A DNA stretch of 64,000 nt from Cyanophora paradoxa CCMP329 (GCA_004431415.1 QPMI01000515.1:223195-287194); one strand, 5' to 3'; positions 36,613-45,758 are shown, counted from the stretch's first letter. Program-made: numbers and translations. Notes: generated by a model from the sequence alone, not told the origin.

Positions 36613-38084
36613 AGTCCATGCCCTCCCTCACCGCCACCGCCACCGCCGCCGGCGGCGCGCCCGATATCGATCGCAAGGTCGACGCGTACGTCGACGGCGG
36701 GGGCGCGTGCGCGGAGGGGCGCTGGCGCCGCTGTGGCTGCAGCCGGGGGCCCCGCCGCGGAGAGCGTCCTCCGCAACGTCGTCTTCCTCCCCAACGACCG
36801 CTGATTCGAGGCCGGCCCGACGCGCCCGGCGCCGCCCGCGCCCCGCGGCCGGCGTCGGGGGCGGGTCCCGGGCCCCGCCCCGGCCCGCCCCGCTTATATA
36901 ATCTGGCGTCTTCGAATTCATGATCAGCTCCGTCTGCGCTACTGCGATCATCGACATCGCATATATAGTCTTAGTTTAACTTATTTTGCCGTTTGGCTTC
37001 CTGGCCATGCCAGACCGTCTGGACCTGCTATTCTCGCGCTTCGCCCGGTCTGTTAAGCTTGTACATGCACGTACGCGTGCGAGCTCCTAGTTCTGTTTCT
37101 TTTGTAATTAGTTCTGCTGCTTTTTGCGGACGGTACCGTGTATCTGATCGTTTAGTGCCAGTGCTGCTCCCAGATTTGTATTTTCATGTATGCCATCAAT
37201 TTCAACCTCCACCTCGTCTTCAACGTCGGAATAAAGGCGCCGCAGTTCTCAGATCTAGTCTTTCGAATTCCGCACGCTCATGATCAGCACCGAAGCTTCC
37301 GAAGTTCGGCCTGGAACCTTCAAATAACTTCTTCTCGCGAAACCTTTCGCCGCGCGCGCGGCGATCATCGCCGAGTCGGATCATCGGATCATCGGATATA
37401 TATATTAAAATGGCCGCGGTCGCGGGCGCAAACTGGAAGCTGCTGCAAAATCCAGCTGCAAAATCATTGACTTCGTTCACATTTGCAACTGCAAGGCGCA
37501 TGCCATGATGCTAGCGCTCTGCATGCTCCTCGCGGCATCGCGATCGCGACCGGAGGGTGGGCTTCGTATATTGACGCTGGAAATATTTCTCTTTGCCAGT
37601 AGGCGCTGGGCGAAATCATGATCATGAGTTCGCCTAATCATATGCACGAGGCAGGCCGCACCGCGCAGCTGCAGGCACCTGCAGTCTGGCACCGTGGCAC
37701 GTAACACAGCTCTAGATCTCCGGGCAGGCAAGACTCTGAGACTATATAGCTAGGCCCGGGCCGCCAGGCTCCCTGGGACCCAGGCCCAGGCTAGTGCTAG
37801 GGCCCATGCCATGAAGGCCAAAGCCTCGCTCAGGGACCAGGAGTCAGGGTGCATTGGGCCGGGCAGGGCCGGGCCTACCGCGGGCGCCCGGCGCCCGGCT
37901 TATATTAATTAGTGGCAAAGTTAGTGCCCAAGCCTTGAAGGTCTGGCCCATTCTATGATATGGCAGGGAGGCTGGCGCGCTGGCGCCCTCAGGCCGCGAG
38001 TCAGGCGGCTCAGCCGGCCCGGCGGCTCACTGAGTCAGCCGCTAATTACTGGAGAACTAGAAATATTAAGTGGGCTGCATATTT

Positions 38085-38328
38085 ATAGTACTAAAAGTTT
38101 TTGGGCGATCTACTAAATATTTTCCGCCTGCTAAAGCCGAGAATTTGTAGGGGTAGTCCCGTCTCCGCCATACAAAAGCCCTGCGAAGACCGACCTACTA
38201 AAGATTTACCAGCTGCTAAAGTGGCAGTTTTGGCGAAGTACTATAATTATTTTCCTGTACTAAATAAACTAGTTCTCCAGTATAAGCCTGCCGCTCCGGC
38301 AGCCTGGCGGCAGGCTTATGAATGCGGA
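38085..38328 (+). repeat. Compact copy of the dispersed repeat also at 268-780
   Basis: Same collinear words as 268-780 but without the palindromic insertions. Confidence 0.75.
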
Positions 38329-38395
38329 AGAGGCAAATTTTCAATTCATGAATTTCGCATTCATGTTTGGGTATGTCGGGTCGGGTCGAGTTGTA

Positions 38396-38646
38396 CCGTG
38401 TGGCACTAAATTACCGCGGCATAAATTACCGCGGTAAAAACTCCGGCCCGAGGGTGGCCAAAATACCGCGGTACCAAATTACCGCGTTTTAAAAAACTTG
38501 AGGCTTGTATGGGGAGGTAATTGTGGGGGGTACTGTATGGAGCAGCATATTACCGCGGTACCAAACTACCGCGTTTTAACAAATTCTCGGCGCGGTAATT
38601 TGGTACCGCGGTAATTAAGTGGGCGCGGTATTATAGTGCCACACGG
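38396..38646. mobile_element. 251-bp MITE, Tc1/mariner-pogo-like
   Basis: 23-bp TIR CCGTGTGGCACTAWAWTACCGCG (2 mismatches), TA on both flanks (38394-38395, 38647-38648), and many internal TACCGCG(GTA) motifs. Confidence 0.9.
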
Positions 38647-38749
38647 TAGTCTTAAACTTGTAGCCTAGTAGTAGATCACGCACCATGCTACTCAAGACTC
38701 AAGACTCAAGCTTCGGAGGCTGTAGATCAAGTCGGCGGTAGATCAAGAC

Positions 38750-39124
38750 TAGGGCACTGGCCGGCGGGTCTAGAAGCTTGCACCGGGGCTGGCCCAAAAT
38801 TCCGAAAGCTTGCACCGGGGCTGGCCCTAGCGGCTTGGCGGCTCCAAAATTTCGGCTGGCTTGCCAGCGGCTTGCCAGTTACTATGGTACCAGTGGCCAG
38901 CGCGGCTTGGTCTGGCTTGGTGCAGCTCGCGCTAACGTTAACTTCACCTATGCTTCGTTCGCCGGCTCGATTGCGAGCTCCGGGCTTGCTGACTTGGCTG
39001 ACAAGCCGGGGAAAACCGGCAAAACCCCTGGGCTGGCAAGCCGGGGTTTCGGCTGCCTAGCCCAGGCGCCCCCCGCCCAAATTGGCCGGCTAGCTAGCCG
39101 GCTTGGCCGCCGGCCAGTGCCCTA
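38750..39124. mobile_element. 375-bp non-autonomous hAT-type element
   Basis: Perfect 18-bp TIR TAGGGCACTGGCCGGCGG and perfect 8-bp target-site duplication ATCAAGAC (38742-38749, 39125-39132). Confidence 0.95.
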
Positions 39125-39885
39125 ATCAAGACTCAAGCCTCGGAGGCTGAGTCGGAGGGGACTCGGAGCCTGATTCCTGAATCCGGGGGAGCCCGCCGGG
39201 CCGAGCGGCCCGAGCCCCGCCGCGGCGCGGGCCGCGGCCGGGCCGTCGGCCGCGGGCCGCGGCCCGCGGCCCGGCCTGGCAGTGCTCAGCGGCTGGCACT
39301 AGCCTGGCAGTGCCTGGCACTGCTGAAATACTAAGGGGCTACTAATAGCCTACTACCGTAGTACCCGTAGTACCGTAGTACCGGCGCTGTACGGTCTGTA
39401 CCGCAGGCTCCGCAGGACCGCAGCTAGTACGACCGTGTGCCGCGTTGGGCGCCATCGATCATCGGAATCGATCGGATATCGCATCTGGAGATTCTGGACT
39501 CTAGGCTCTAGCTATATATATGAGGGCCATCAATGGGCCAAACGCGAAAAGTCAACTCCGAGAGCTCGAGACTCGGAAGTGACGCTTGGATTGCGGAGGT
39601 TCTTATAACCGCCGCAACAGCTGTGGGGGTACCCCCTCCGAGGCTGGCGATCGCGGCGATCACGAGCCGATCGCGACCCTGGTGATCGCGACTTTCTCCC
39701 GATCGCGACCCTTTTCGATCGCGATTTCGAGATCGGGGGCATTTCTGCGATCGCGAAAAAGGAAAAATCGGAAAAGGCCGAAAAGTGCGTTTTCTACGCG
39801 TGAAATTGAGGGAAAACGAGGGTTCGAATCCCGGGGCCGGATTTGGACTTGGGCAAAATCTCGAGTCAAAATGGGAGAAAAATGC

Positions 39886-39963
39886 GACTTGGGACTTGGG
39901 ACTTGGGACTTGGGACTTGGGACTTGGGACTTGGGAAGAGTTGGAATCAGAGTCTGGACTCAA
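39886..39963 (-). repeat. Divergent copy 1 of the ~100-bp heptamer-array repeat
   Basis: (GACTTGG)x7 followed by GAAGAGTT..TCAGAGTCTGG, the same layout as 41910-42010. Confidence 0.7.
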
Positions 39964-39993
39964 AAGCGGGGAAATTTTCGGACGGGGAGAAAA

Positions 39994-40464
39994 ATGTCAG
40001 ACAATCTCTATTACGATTTTCCCTTTGAGTTGAATATGGCATTCGAAAGGTTGCGCGAGTTCTGGCGTTGGCACCTCACGGGACATGACATCCCCGACGT
40101 AACACCAGAGCCCAACACACAGGGCGTGCTTGAAGTCATCCGTCAATATCCGCGCCGATTCAATGAATGGATTGCGTTCCACACGACGAACCGTTTCCAG
40201 AGCCTCCCCGAGGCCATACGCGAAAATTTCGTGAGGCTGGTGGGGCCAGGCTACGACAACCCTAACAATCATAGACCAAGCCCGGCTGGCGTGATGCGCG
40301 AAGCTCGAAGCGACCGCAGTCTTTTCCGCAGGGAATTGAGAGAGGACAGACGGAGACTCTCAATGGGGCTCCCGCAGATCGTGAGGGGGTACAGCCCGGA
40401 CTACGAAACTTACCAACAATTGTATGGCTTCGAAAATCCCCTGGAGAGGGTACTACCAGAATGA
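39994..40464 (+). CDS. Hypothetical protein, 156 aa
   Basis: AAAATG start (MSDNLYYDFPF), uninterrupted ORF with normal composition. The longer ORF from 39586 runs through repeats. Confidence 0.65.
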   Translation: MSDNLYYDFPFELNMAFERLREFWRWHLTGHDIPDVTPEPNTQGVLEVIRQYPRRFNEWIAFHTTNRFQSLPEAIRENFVRLVGPGYDNPNNHRPSPAGVMREARSDRSLFRRELREDRRRLSMGLPQIVRGYSPDYETYQQLYGFENPLERVLPE

Positions 40465-40797
40465 GAGGGGGGCCCCTGAGGGTGTACCCCCGGCCCGAGA
40501 CTCGACCTTCGGCGGACGCACTCGGGCGATTTCCGTCAGGCCGGCTCCCTTTTTCTGCCTTCGGCCCAACGCTAAATTTGGCTTTTTTCAGGCCAGTTGG
40601 CAACGTTTTCCGTTGCGAACTAGACCGCGAAAAAAATCGCCCACAAAACCGCGGTCCGCCGCCATTTTGGCTCACTCTTGAAACGGGTTCGCCGCCTTCT
40701 CTCAGCCCAAGGAATCCCGCCTCTCCGAATTTTCACAAGTCCGCTCTCTCAGTCACCTCACGTTTTGCCTTTGCTGATCTCTCTTCCCTTTGCGCAG

Positions 40798-41850
40798 ATG
40801 TCGATTCCCTCTGAGCTTGTCGAGGACCTTGCCAAGGCCCGTGAGATGTGGGCTAAGTCCCGCGATTGGCCTACCCGTGAAATGGAGAAGCGTGCCCGCA
40901 AGCTGGGGTACCTCTACCAAGCTCACAGCGGAGAAGGCTTCCATACCATCAACCTCAACTTTGTATCCTCCCTTCTGCCCAAGTCCAAGCAACCCAAGCC
41001 CGAGCCCAAGCCCGAGCCCGTCGACGTGCCCCCGTCCCGGCTGGGTCAAGACTCCCACTGGCTGGGGCGACCCCAAGCTTTTCGCCGAGTCTGCCGCCGA
41101 GACGCTCGCCTGGGCCTATCCCCTCAAGTCTTCACGAATTTCCCCCCTCCGTCATCGTCGTCATCTGCCCCTCAGCCCGTCGCCGAGCCCGCTCCCGAGC
41201 CAGTCGATGACGCCGAGTCCGAGGCCTCTGACGCCGAGTCTGACATCAACGACTTTATCGACTTTGACGTGCCGATTCAATACGACTCTGAGTCCTCTTC
41301 CGACTCTGAAGGCGACAACGAAAACCCGACTCGCAAGCGCCGCATTATCAAGACCAAGTCAATCGTCAAGAAGAAGTTCATGGAGACCACGTCATTCACC
41401 GACAACTCCGAGCGAGTCAAGGACCCCGCCAAGGAACACGAAAAAGACTTGAAGATCGGCGCTGGCATTGCCCGTTCTCGCGTCACGTCACACTACAGCG
41501 AGCGCCTGACTCAGCACGTCAAGACCATTGAGAAGCGCATCATCGCCAAGCGCGAAATGGCCGAACTCCGGCGCAAGCTGCGTCACGAGCGCCTTCTTCG
41601 TCGCGAGATGACGCTGGCCAAGATTGCCGAGCGCAAGAAGAAGGAGGCAGCGGAACTTAGGGCGCGCGTCGAGGCTCAGCAGCGGCGCGAGGCAGAGGCG
41701 GCAGCGGCCTTGGCGGCGCAGCGCGAGCAGGAGCGGCAGGACTTAGTGCAGGCAGCGCAGGCCCTTCCCCGCATTCCCCTTAAGTCCGCGCCCGAGGCCC
41801 CGATTGACTTGGTTTCCGATGACGATGACTCTGACTTTGAGATGCTGTAA
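40798..41850 (+). CDS. Hypothetical acidic/coiled-coil protein (may contain an intron)
   Basis: Open frame with strong codon bias, an acidic middle, an NLS-like RKRR, and a C-terminal coiled coil ending IDLVSDDDDSDFEML (SIM-like). Confidence 0.7.
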   Translation: MSIPSELVEDLAKAREMWAKSRDWPTREMEKRARKLGYLYQAHSGEGFHTINLNFVSSLLPKSKQPKPEPKPEPVDVPPSRLGQDSHWLGRPQAFRRVCRRDARLGLSPQVFTNFPPPSSSSSAPQPVAEPAPEPVDDAESEASDAESDINDFIDFDVPIQYDSESSSDSEGDNENPTRKRRIIKTKSIVKKKFMETTSFTDNSERVKDPAKEHEKDLKIGAGIARSRVTSHYSERLTQHVKTIEKRIIAKREMAELRRKLRHERLLRREMTLAKIAERKKKEAAELRARVEAQQRREAEAAAALAAQREQERQDLVQAAQALPRIPLKSAPEAPIDLVSDDDDSDFEML

Positions 41851-41909
41851 ATAGTATTGCGTCATTCCATTGTACATACTTGTAAAAATTGGCCGACTAT
41901 TTTTTACTT

Positions 41910-42010
41910 GACCTTGGTGCTCGGACCTTGGTGCTTGGGGCTTGGTGCTTGGGGCTTGGTGCTTTGGAAGCGTTACTCTCAGAGTCTGGGCCCAGACTTT
42001 CTCTGGATCC
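41910..42010 (-). repeat. Copy 2 (inverted) of the ~100-bp heptamer-array repeat
   Basis: Its reverse complement GATCCAGAGAAAGTCTGGGCCCAGACTCTGAGAGTAACGCTTCCAAA(GCMCCAA)n GGTCCGAGCACCAAGGTC closely matches 42290-42390. Confidence 0.92.
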
Positions 42011-42289
42011 GAGAGTTTGCCGCGCCAAGTCATTAACCATCGGGCAGACTTAGAAAGGGGTACTGCATTTTGCATACGACGTTTCCGGTGACATTTCAGG
42101 TGAGATTCAGGTGAGATTTCGAGAGAGGCAGAGTCTGAAATGTCGACAGAGTTTTCGAGAGCGATTTCAAGCGAGATGTCAAGAGACAGAGGGTACGAGA
42201 AGTCGTAAGAGTAAAAAAGACTACGAGTAAAAAAGACTACGAGTAAAAAAGTCCGTAGAAAAACTCACCTGACTTGTCTGACAAATTTC

Positions 42290-42390
42290 TGATCCTGGAG
42301 AAAGTCTGGACCCAGACCCTGAGAGAAACGCTTCCAAAGCACCAAGCACCAAGCACCAAGCACCAAGGTCCGAGCACCAAGGTCCAAGGT
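42290..42390 (+). repeat. Copy 3 of the ~100-bp heptamer-array repeat
   Basis: TGATCCTGGAGAAA...GAAACGCTTCCAAA(GCACCAA)x4 GGTCC. Confidence 0.92.
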
Positions 42391-42423
42391 CCCCGGTCGA
42401 ACATTTTCTGAACCTAGGGCAAA

Positions 42424-42783
42424 ATGGCCCTGCTCAAGTGCACCGACTCCCGCGACGTGCCCTACAACGTCCTGGTCAACTCGGACGTACCCCGGAGTGC
42501 GATGGAGTTTCCCTGGCGACTGGACAGGGGCAGGGTGACCAAGACCTTCGGGAGGCGCAAGCACTACCTCTCCCAGCTCATCCTCGGGAAGCCGCCACGT
42601 GGACTGTACGTGGAGCACATCAACGGTAACCCGCTGGACTACAGGAGGGAGAACCTGCGCTGGGTATCGATGTCGGAGATCCAGAAGAAGAAGAGGGAGG
42701 GTACGAGCCTGCAGGAGAAGAGCGAGGAGATTGCGGAGATGATGGAGGCGGCGCAGGCGCTGGTGCAGCTCAGCCGCTCTTGA
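42424..42783 (+). CDS. HNH-family (HNH_3/I-HmuI-like) protein with a degenerate active site
   Basis: LSQLILGKPPRGLYVEHINGNPLDYRRENLRWVSMSEI versus the family consensus HR.I.G....VDHINGN.LDNR..NLR.VT..EN. Confidence 0.85.
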   Translation: MALLKCTDSRDVPYNVLVNSDVPRSAMEFPWRLDRGRVTKTFGRRKHYLSQLILGKPPRGLYVEHINGNPLDYRRENLRWVSMSEIQKKKREGTSLQEKSEEIAEMMEAAQALVQLSRS

Positions 42784-42880
42784 TCCTGGAGAAATCCCGG
42801 GCCGAGTCCAGAGGGAAACGCTTCCAAAGCACCAAGCACCAAACACCAAGCACCAAGCACCAAGCACCAAGCACCAAGGT
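42781..42880 (+). repeat. Copy 4 of the ~100-bp heptamer-array repeat
   Basis: TGATCCTGGAGAAA...GAAACGCTTCCAAA(RCACCAA)x7 GGT. It fills the gap between two convergent stop codons exactly. Confidence 0.92.
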
Positions 42881-43639
42881 CTACCCCTTGACGTAGATCT
42901 TAGAGTCCATTTCGCGGTTCGTGATAGCGGCTAGGAAGGAAGTGGCGCCATCGGAAGAGGCAGTGGTCAGGTCGGCGCAGGCAGAGACCAGCTCCGCCAT
43001 CAGGGTAGACCCCACCACGAGCCCGGATGTGGGCATGCCAGCGATGTTGTTGAAGAGCTTGAACGTGAATTTATTGAAGGCGAGACGCGGCCAGATCTGG
43101 GTACGGGGATTTTTGGCATCGAAAACGGCGGGGGCTACCGTGGTCGTGGCATTGGCCATCATTTCCTTTGCCGTCATCTTCCAGAGGTTGTACATTTCCG
43201 AGGGCACGGCGCGCGTCGATCCCGTGCTGGAGCCGTCCACGTTGAGCTGGGAGCCGGCGTTGAGCTGCAGGTGCAGGCTAGTATCCGGGGTGAACTTGAG
43301 CTCGAGCACGCGCACCGAGGGCCGATCCGGGGACGAGGGCTCTATCTTTTTGAGCAGGCCCGAGAGCCAGAGGGCCTCCGCCTCCTCGGCGTTGACGGTG
43401 TTGCTCGCGTTTCCGTCGATGTCAAAGTACACGTAGACGGAGCAGGAGACGGGGCTCTCGAAATCGTTGGACGTGACTCGCAGCATGACCGGATTCTGCA
43501 GCTTCACGGTCATGTTATTCGCGTAGGTGCCGTCCCAGGTGACGTAATCCGTCCCCGCGTTCGCAGCCGTACCCGAGATGCCCTGCCAATCGGGCGTCGG
43601 GAATCCGGAGGCCATGAGGGTGGTGTTGGTCGCGGGCAT
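42881..43639 (-). CDS. Hypothetical beta-rich protein, paralogue of 43673-44353
   Basis: Shared motifs QNPV, E.P...S....FD, SGL.K...P, R.LE.KFT, PRL.F..F.F, G.TL.AELV. Confidence 0.8.
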   Translation of the reverse strand: MPATNTTLMASGFPTPDWQGISGTAANAGTDYVTWDGTYANNMTVKLQNPVMLRVTSNDFESPVSCSVYVYFDIDGNASNTVNAEEAEALWLSGLLKKIEPSSPDRPSVRVLELKFTPDTSLHLQLNAGSQLNVDGSSTGSTRAVPSEMYNLWKMTAKEMMANATTTVAPAVFDAKNPRTQIWPRLAFNKFTFKLFNNIAGMPTSGLVVGSTLMAELVSACADLTTASSDGATSFLAAITNREMDSKIYVKG

Positions 43640-43672
43640 TTTGGGAGGGAATGAGAAAGATTACCCGTACAC

Positions 43673-44353
43673 CTATTCCACCAACCATCCCATTGTGAAG
43701 ATGGACATATCGCCGCCTACCTCTGCGACACGAGCCACGGGCTGCACGTGGCGGGAGCCCGTACCGAAGCTGTAGTTGTACGAGCACTCGACGAGCTCGG
43801 CGCAGAGGGTGTTGCCTGTGACGAAATGGGGATGATCAGCTGCGTAGGAGAGGGGGTAGATCTGGAATTGGAAGAAAGTGAAGGGGAGACGGGGAAGCGA
43901 GCTCGCGCGCGGATTCCCGTCCGTGTACAGTAAGCCCAGTCTAGAGGGACTGGGATTCAGCTTTTCGAAGAGTGCACTCCCCTTGAGGTTACCAAGGTGG
44001 TAATAGGCCCCCGTGCCCGGGAGCGCTGCATCTGTGTACTGCCGAGCCGTGGGGTACGACTCCGTGAACTTGATCTCAAGACAGCGTAAGGGCGCGGCTG
44101 TCGACGTGGCGGGGGCCACCCTCTTAACAAGGCCGGACTCGTGCAGCAGCTCGATGGTCTCGGCCGTGACCTGGCCCGGGTCGAAGAAGAGCTGGTAGGA
44201 GTAGTTCTTTGGCGTCTCGTACGCGTTCTGCACGGCCTGAATCACGACGGGATTTTGAACGAAGACATCGACGTAGCTGCCCGAGGAGATTCTAGCGAAA
44301 TCGTTGGCGTTGGAGCCGACGTCGAGGGTGCTGTTGTAGACGGAGCTCGTCAT
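43673..44353 (-). CDS. Hypothetical beta-rich protein, paralogue of 42881-43639
   Basis: Uninterrupted 226-aa ORF with the shared motifs listed for its neighbour. Confidence 0.8.
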   Translation of the reverse strand: MTSSVYNSTLDVGSNANDFARISSGSYVDVFVQNPVVIQAVQNAYETPKNYSYQLFFDPGQVTAETIELLHESGLVKRVAPATSTAAPLRCLEIKFTESYPTARQYTDAALPGTGAYYHLGNLKGSALFEKLNPSPSRLGLLYTDGNPRASSLPRLPFTFFQFQIYPLSYAADHPHFVTGNTLCAELVECSYNYSFGTGSRHVQPVARVAEVGGDMSIFTMGWLVE

Positions 44354-44391
44354 TTCCCCAGGGGCAGATAATTTTTCGGACTCCCAGTTAA

Positions 44392-45054
44392 ATGCGGAGG
44401 GTGAAGCGCATCCTGATGGTGAGGCGCAAGGCTCCGAGGGTGGTCACACCGGCAGCGCCCGCGAATCTCACCGCCACAGCACCAAATGATGAGCAGCAGC
44501 CCGTGAGCCTCAACTGGACGGGGGTTTATGGGGCGACGGGGTACAAGATCTACCGGGACGGGATCTACCTTGACGCCTCTGTAGCCAACTCCTACAGTGA
44601 TGCGACCACGGTTTGGGGTACGGGGTACGAATTCCAGGTCTCCGCGACCAACTCTGCAGGGGAGGGACTGAAGAGCATAGTGACGTACGTCACCACGGAC
44701 CCGGCAGCACCCACGGGGCTCACGGCCTCTGCACCAGCTGCTGGCGTCGCTCAGCCAGTTGTTCTTGTGTGGTCTCCGCCTGCAACTGGCATTACAGTAT
44801 CATACAACGTGTACCGTGGTGGTGCCCTGCTTGCCTCCAACGTTACGAGCCCCTTTTCAGATACAACAACCTACTTCGATACGTATACCTACATCGTCAA
44901 GGGGGTCAATCAGATTGGAGAGGAAGGGCCACCTTCCGGCAGCGCGAATGCGACGCCCGTGGGCATCTTCCTTCTGGACAGCTCAGCCATTTCCACAGCC
45001 ACAAAGAACGCCCTTGTCGCTGCGTACTCTACACGGAGGTTGCGTAACACATAG
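44392..45054 (+). pseudogene. Fibronectin type III x2 fibre-like gene, apparently 3'-truncated
   Basis: Two FN3 units (PAAPANLTA..LNW..GATGYKIYRDG..YEFQVSATNSAGEG; PAAPTGLTA..LVW..YNVYRGG..YTYIVKGVN). It ends AAYSTRRLRNT, with the stop lying inside the hairpin arm. Confidence 0.75.
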
Positions 45055-45121
45055 GGATACCCCTGATCCAAGCCCTCCGGCCTTCGGCCTACAGGCTTGG
45101 ATCAGGGGTATCCCTATGTGT
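45047..45121. other. Perfect 28-bp inverted repeat (19-nt spacer) at the block A/B junction
   Basis: ACACATAGGGATACCCCTGATCCAAGCC (45047-45074) pairs with GGCTTGGATCAGGGGTATCCCTATGTGT (45094-45121). Confidence 0.95.
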
Positions 45122-45243
45122 GCGCGTTTCAGGTACTAGGGTAGTAAGCATTTATTTCAGGTCTTAGGGTATTAATCATGTCTTTTTGGCACCAGTATGT
45201 TGGCCGCCTCTGGGGTATTAGAAGCTTGGATTCGGCACCAATT

Positions 45244-45336
45244 AGGCAGGAGAGGCAGGAGGGTTATTTGTAAACTTTCCTAAGGAATCCCCTCTTGTGT
45301 GGGATTTTACATATAACCCTCCTGCCTCTCCTGCCT
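45244..45336 (-). terminator. 31-bp-stem hairpin just 3' of the AdoMetDC gene, candidate 3'-end signal
   Basis: AGGCAGGAGAGGCAGGAGGGTTATTTGTAAA pairs with 45306-45336 (1 mismatch), about 24 nt after the stop. The function is inferred. Confidence 0.55.
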
Positions 45337-45359
45337 CTCTTGCCTCTCCTGCCCCTCTC

Positions 45360-45758
45360 TTAAACCTCAAATCTCCTCTTCTCATGGTGTAATCTCTTTT
45401 TAATTACTGCCCCAAATCCAACAGCATATTTGTTTATCTCCTCCTCCAGCTCAAAAGCAATTAAACTTGTATTCCTTTCTGCCTGTTTTCCACAGCTGAA
45501 TATATCTATTGCTAACATGCCTTGATCACTGTAGCAATGAGCAGAGCAATGGCTTTCATCTAATAATAATACTTGGGCAAATCCAGGGGGTGATTTGGTG
45601 CCATCAAAAATCTCAGCATGTTTGTGGACAACCTGTATTCCATATTTCTTGATGATGTCTTCACTGACATTCATGAGCCATTTAGAGAGCTCCACATGGT
45701 CGCTGATTGGTTGGCTGAATTGGAAATCAAGCATCACATGGTAACCTTTGGCAAGCAT
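45360..45758 (-). CDS. speD: S-adenosylmethionine decarboxylase, prokaryotic-type class 1 proenzyme
   Basis: GYHVMLDF, GFAQVLLLDESHCSAHCY (E|S autocleavage site), G.LAIDIFSCG. The ORF is intact. Confidence 0.9.
   Translation of the reverse strand: MLAKGYHVMLDFQFSQPISDHVELSKWLMNVSEDIIKKYGIQVVHKHAEIFDGTKSPPGFAQVLLLDESHCSAHCYSDQGMLAIDIFSCGKQAERNTSLIAFELEEEINKYAVGFGAVIKKRLHHEKRRFEV

Larger units (their letters stand above)
39510..45050. mobile_element. Block A: GC-richer foreign gene-dense segment, probably part of an endogenous virus or large mobile element (left edge approximate)
   Basis: Compact, mostly uninterrupted ORFs with short spacers, an HNH gene and an FN3 fibre-like gene, a private repeat family, and a GATCGCG cluster at 39648-39755. 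No hallmark capsid or replication gene is present. Confidence 0.6.

Noticed and set aside
482-37731. Hundreds of long Arg/Pro/Gly/Ala-rich ORFs in the track
   Set aside because: These are shadow frames and intron read-through expected at very high GC; the real genes are spliced.
39780-39850. tRNA gene at the B-box
   Set aside because: No A-box, D-arm, anticodon arm or acceptor stem could be formed; the same holds for the other B-box copies.
39886-39935. Telomeric repeat (GACTTGG)n
   Set aside because: It is short, internal, and part of the block A repeat family.
45047-45121. Protelomerase site or IS200/605-Fanzor end
   Set aside because: The 19-nt spacer is unlike a continuous telRL palindrome, and no protelomerase, TnpA or TnpB gene is visible.
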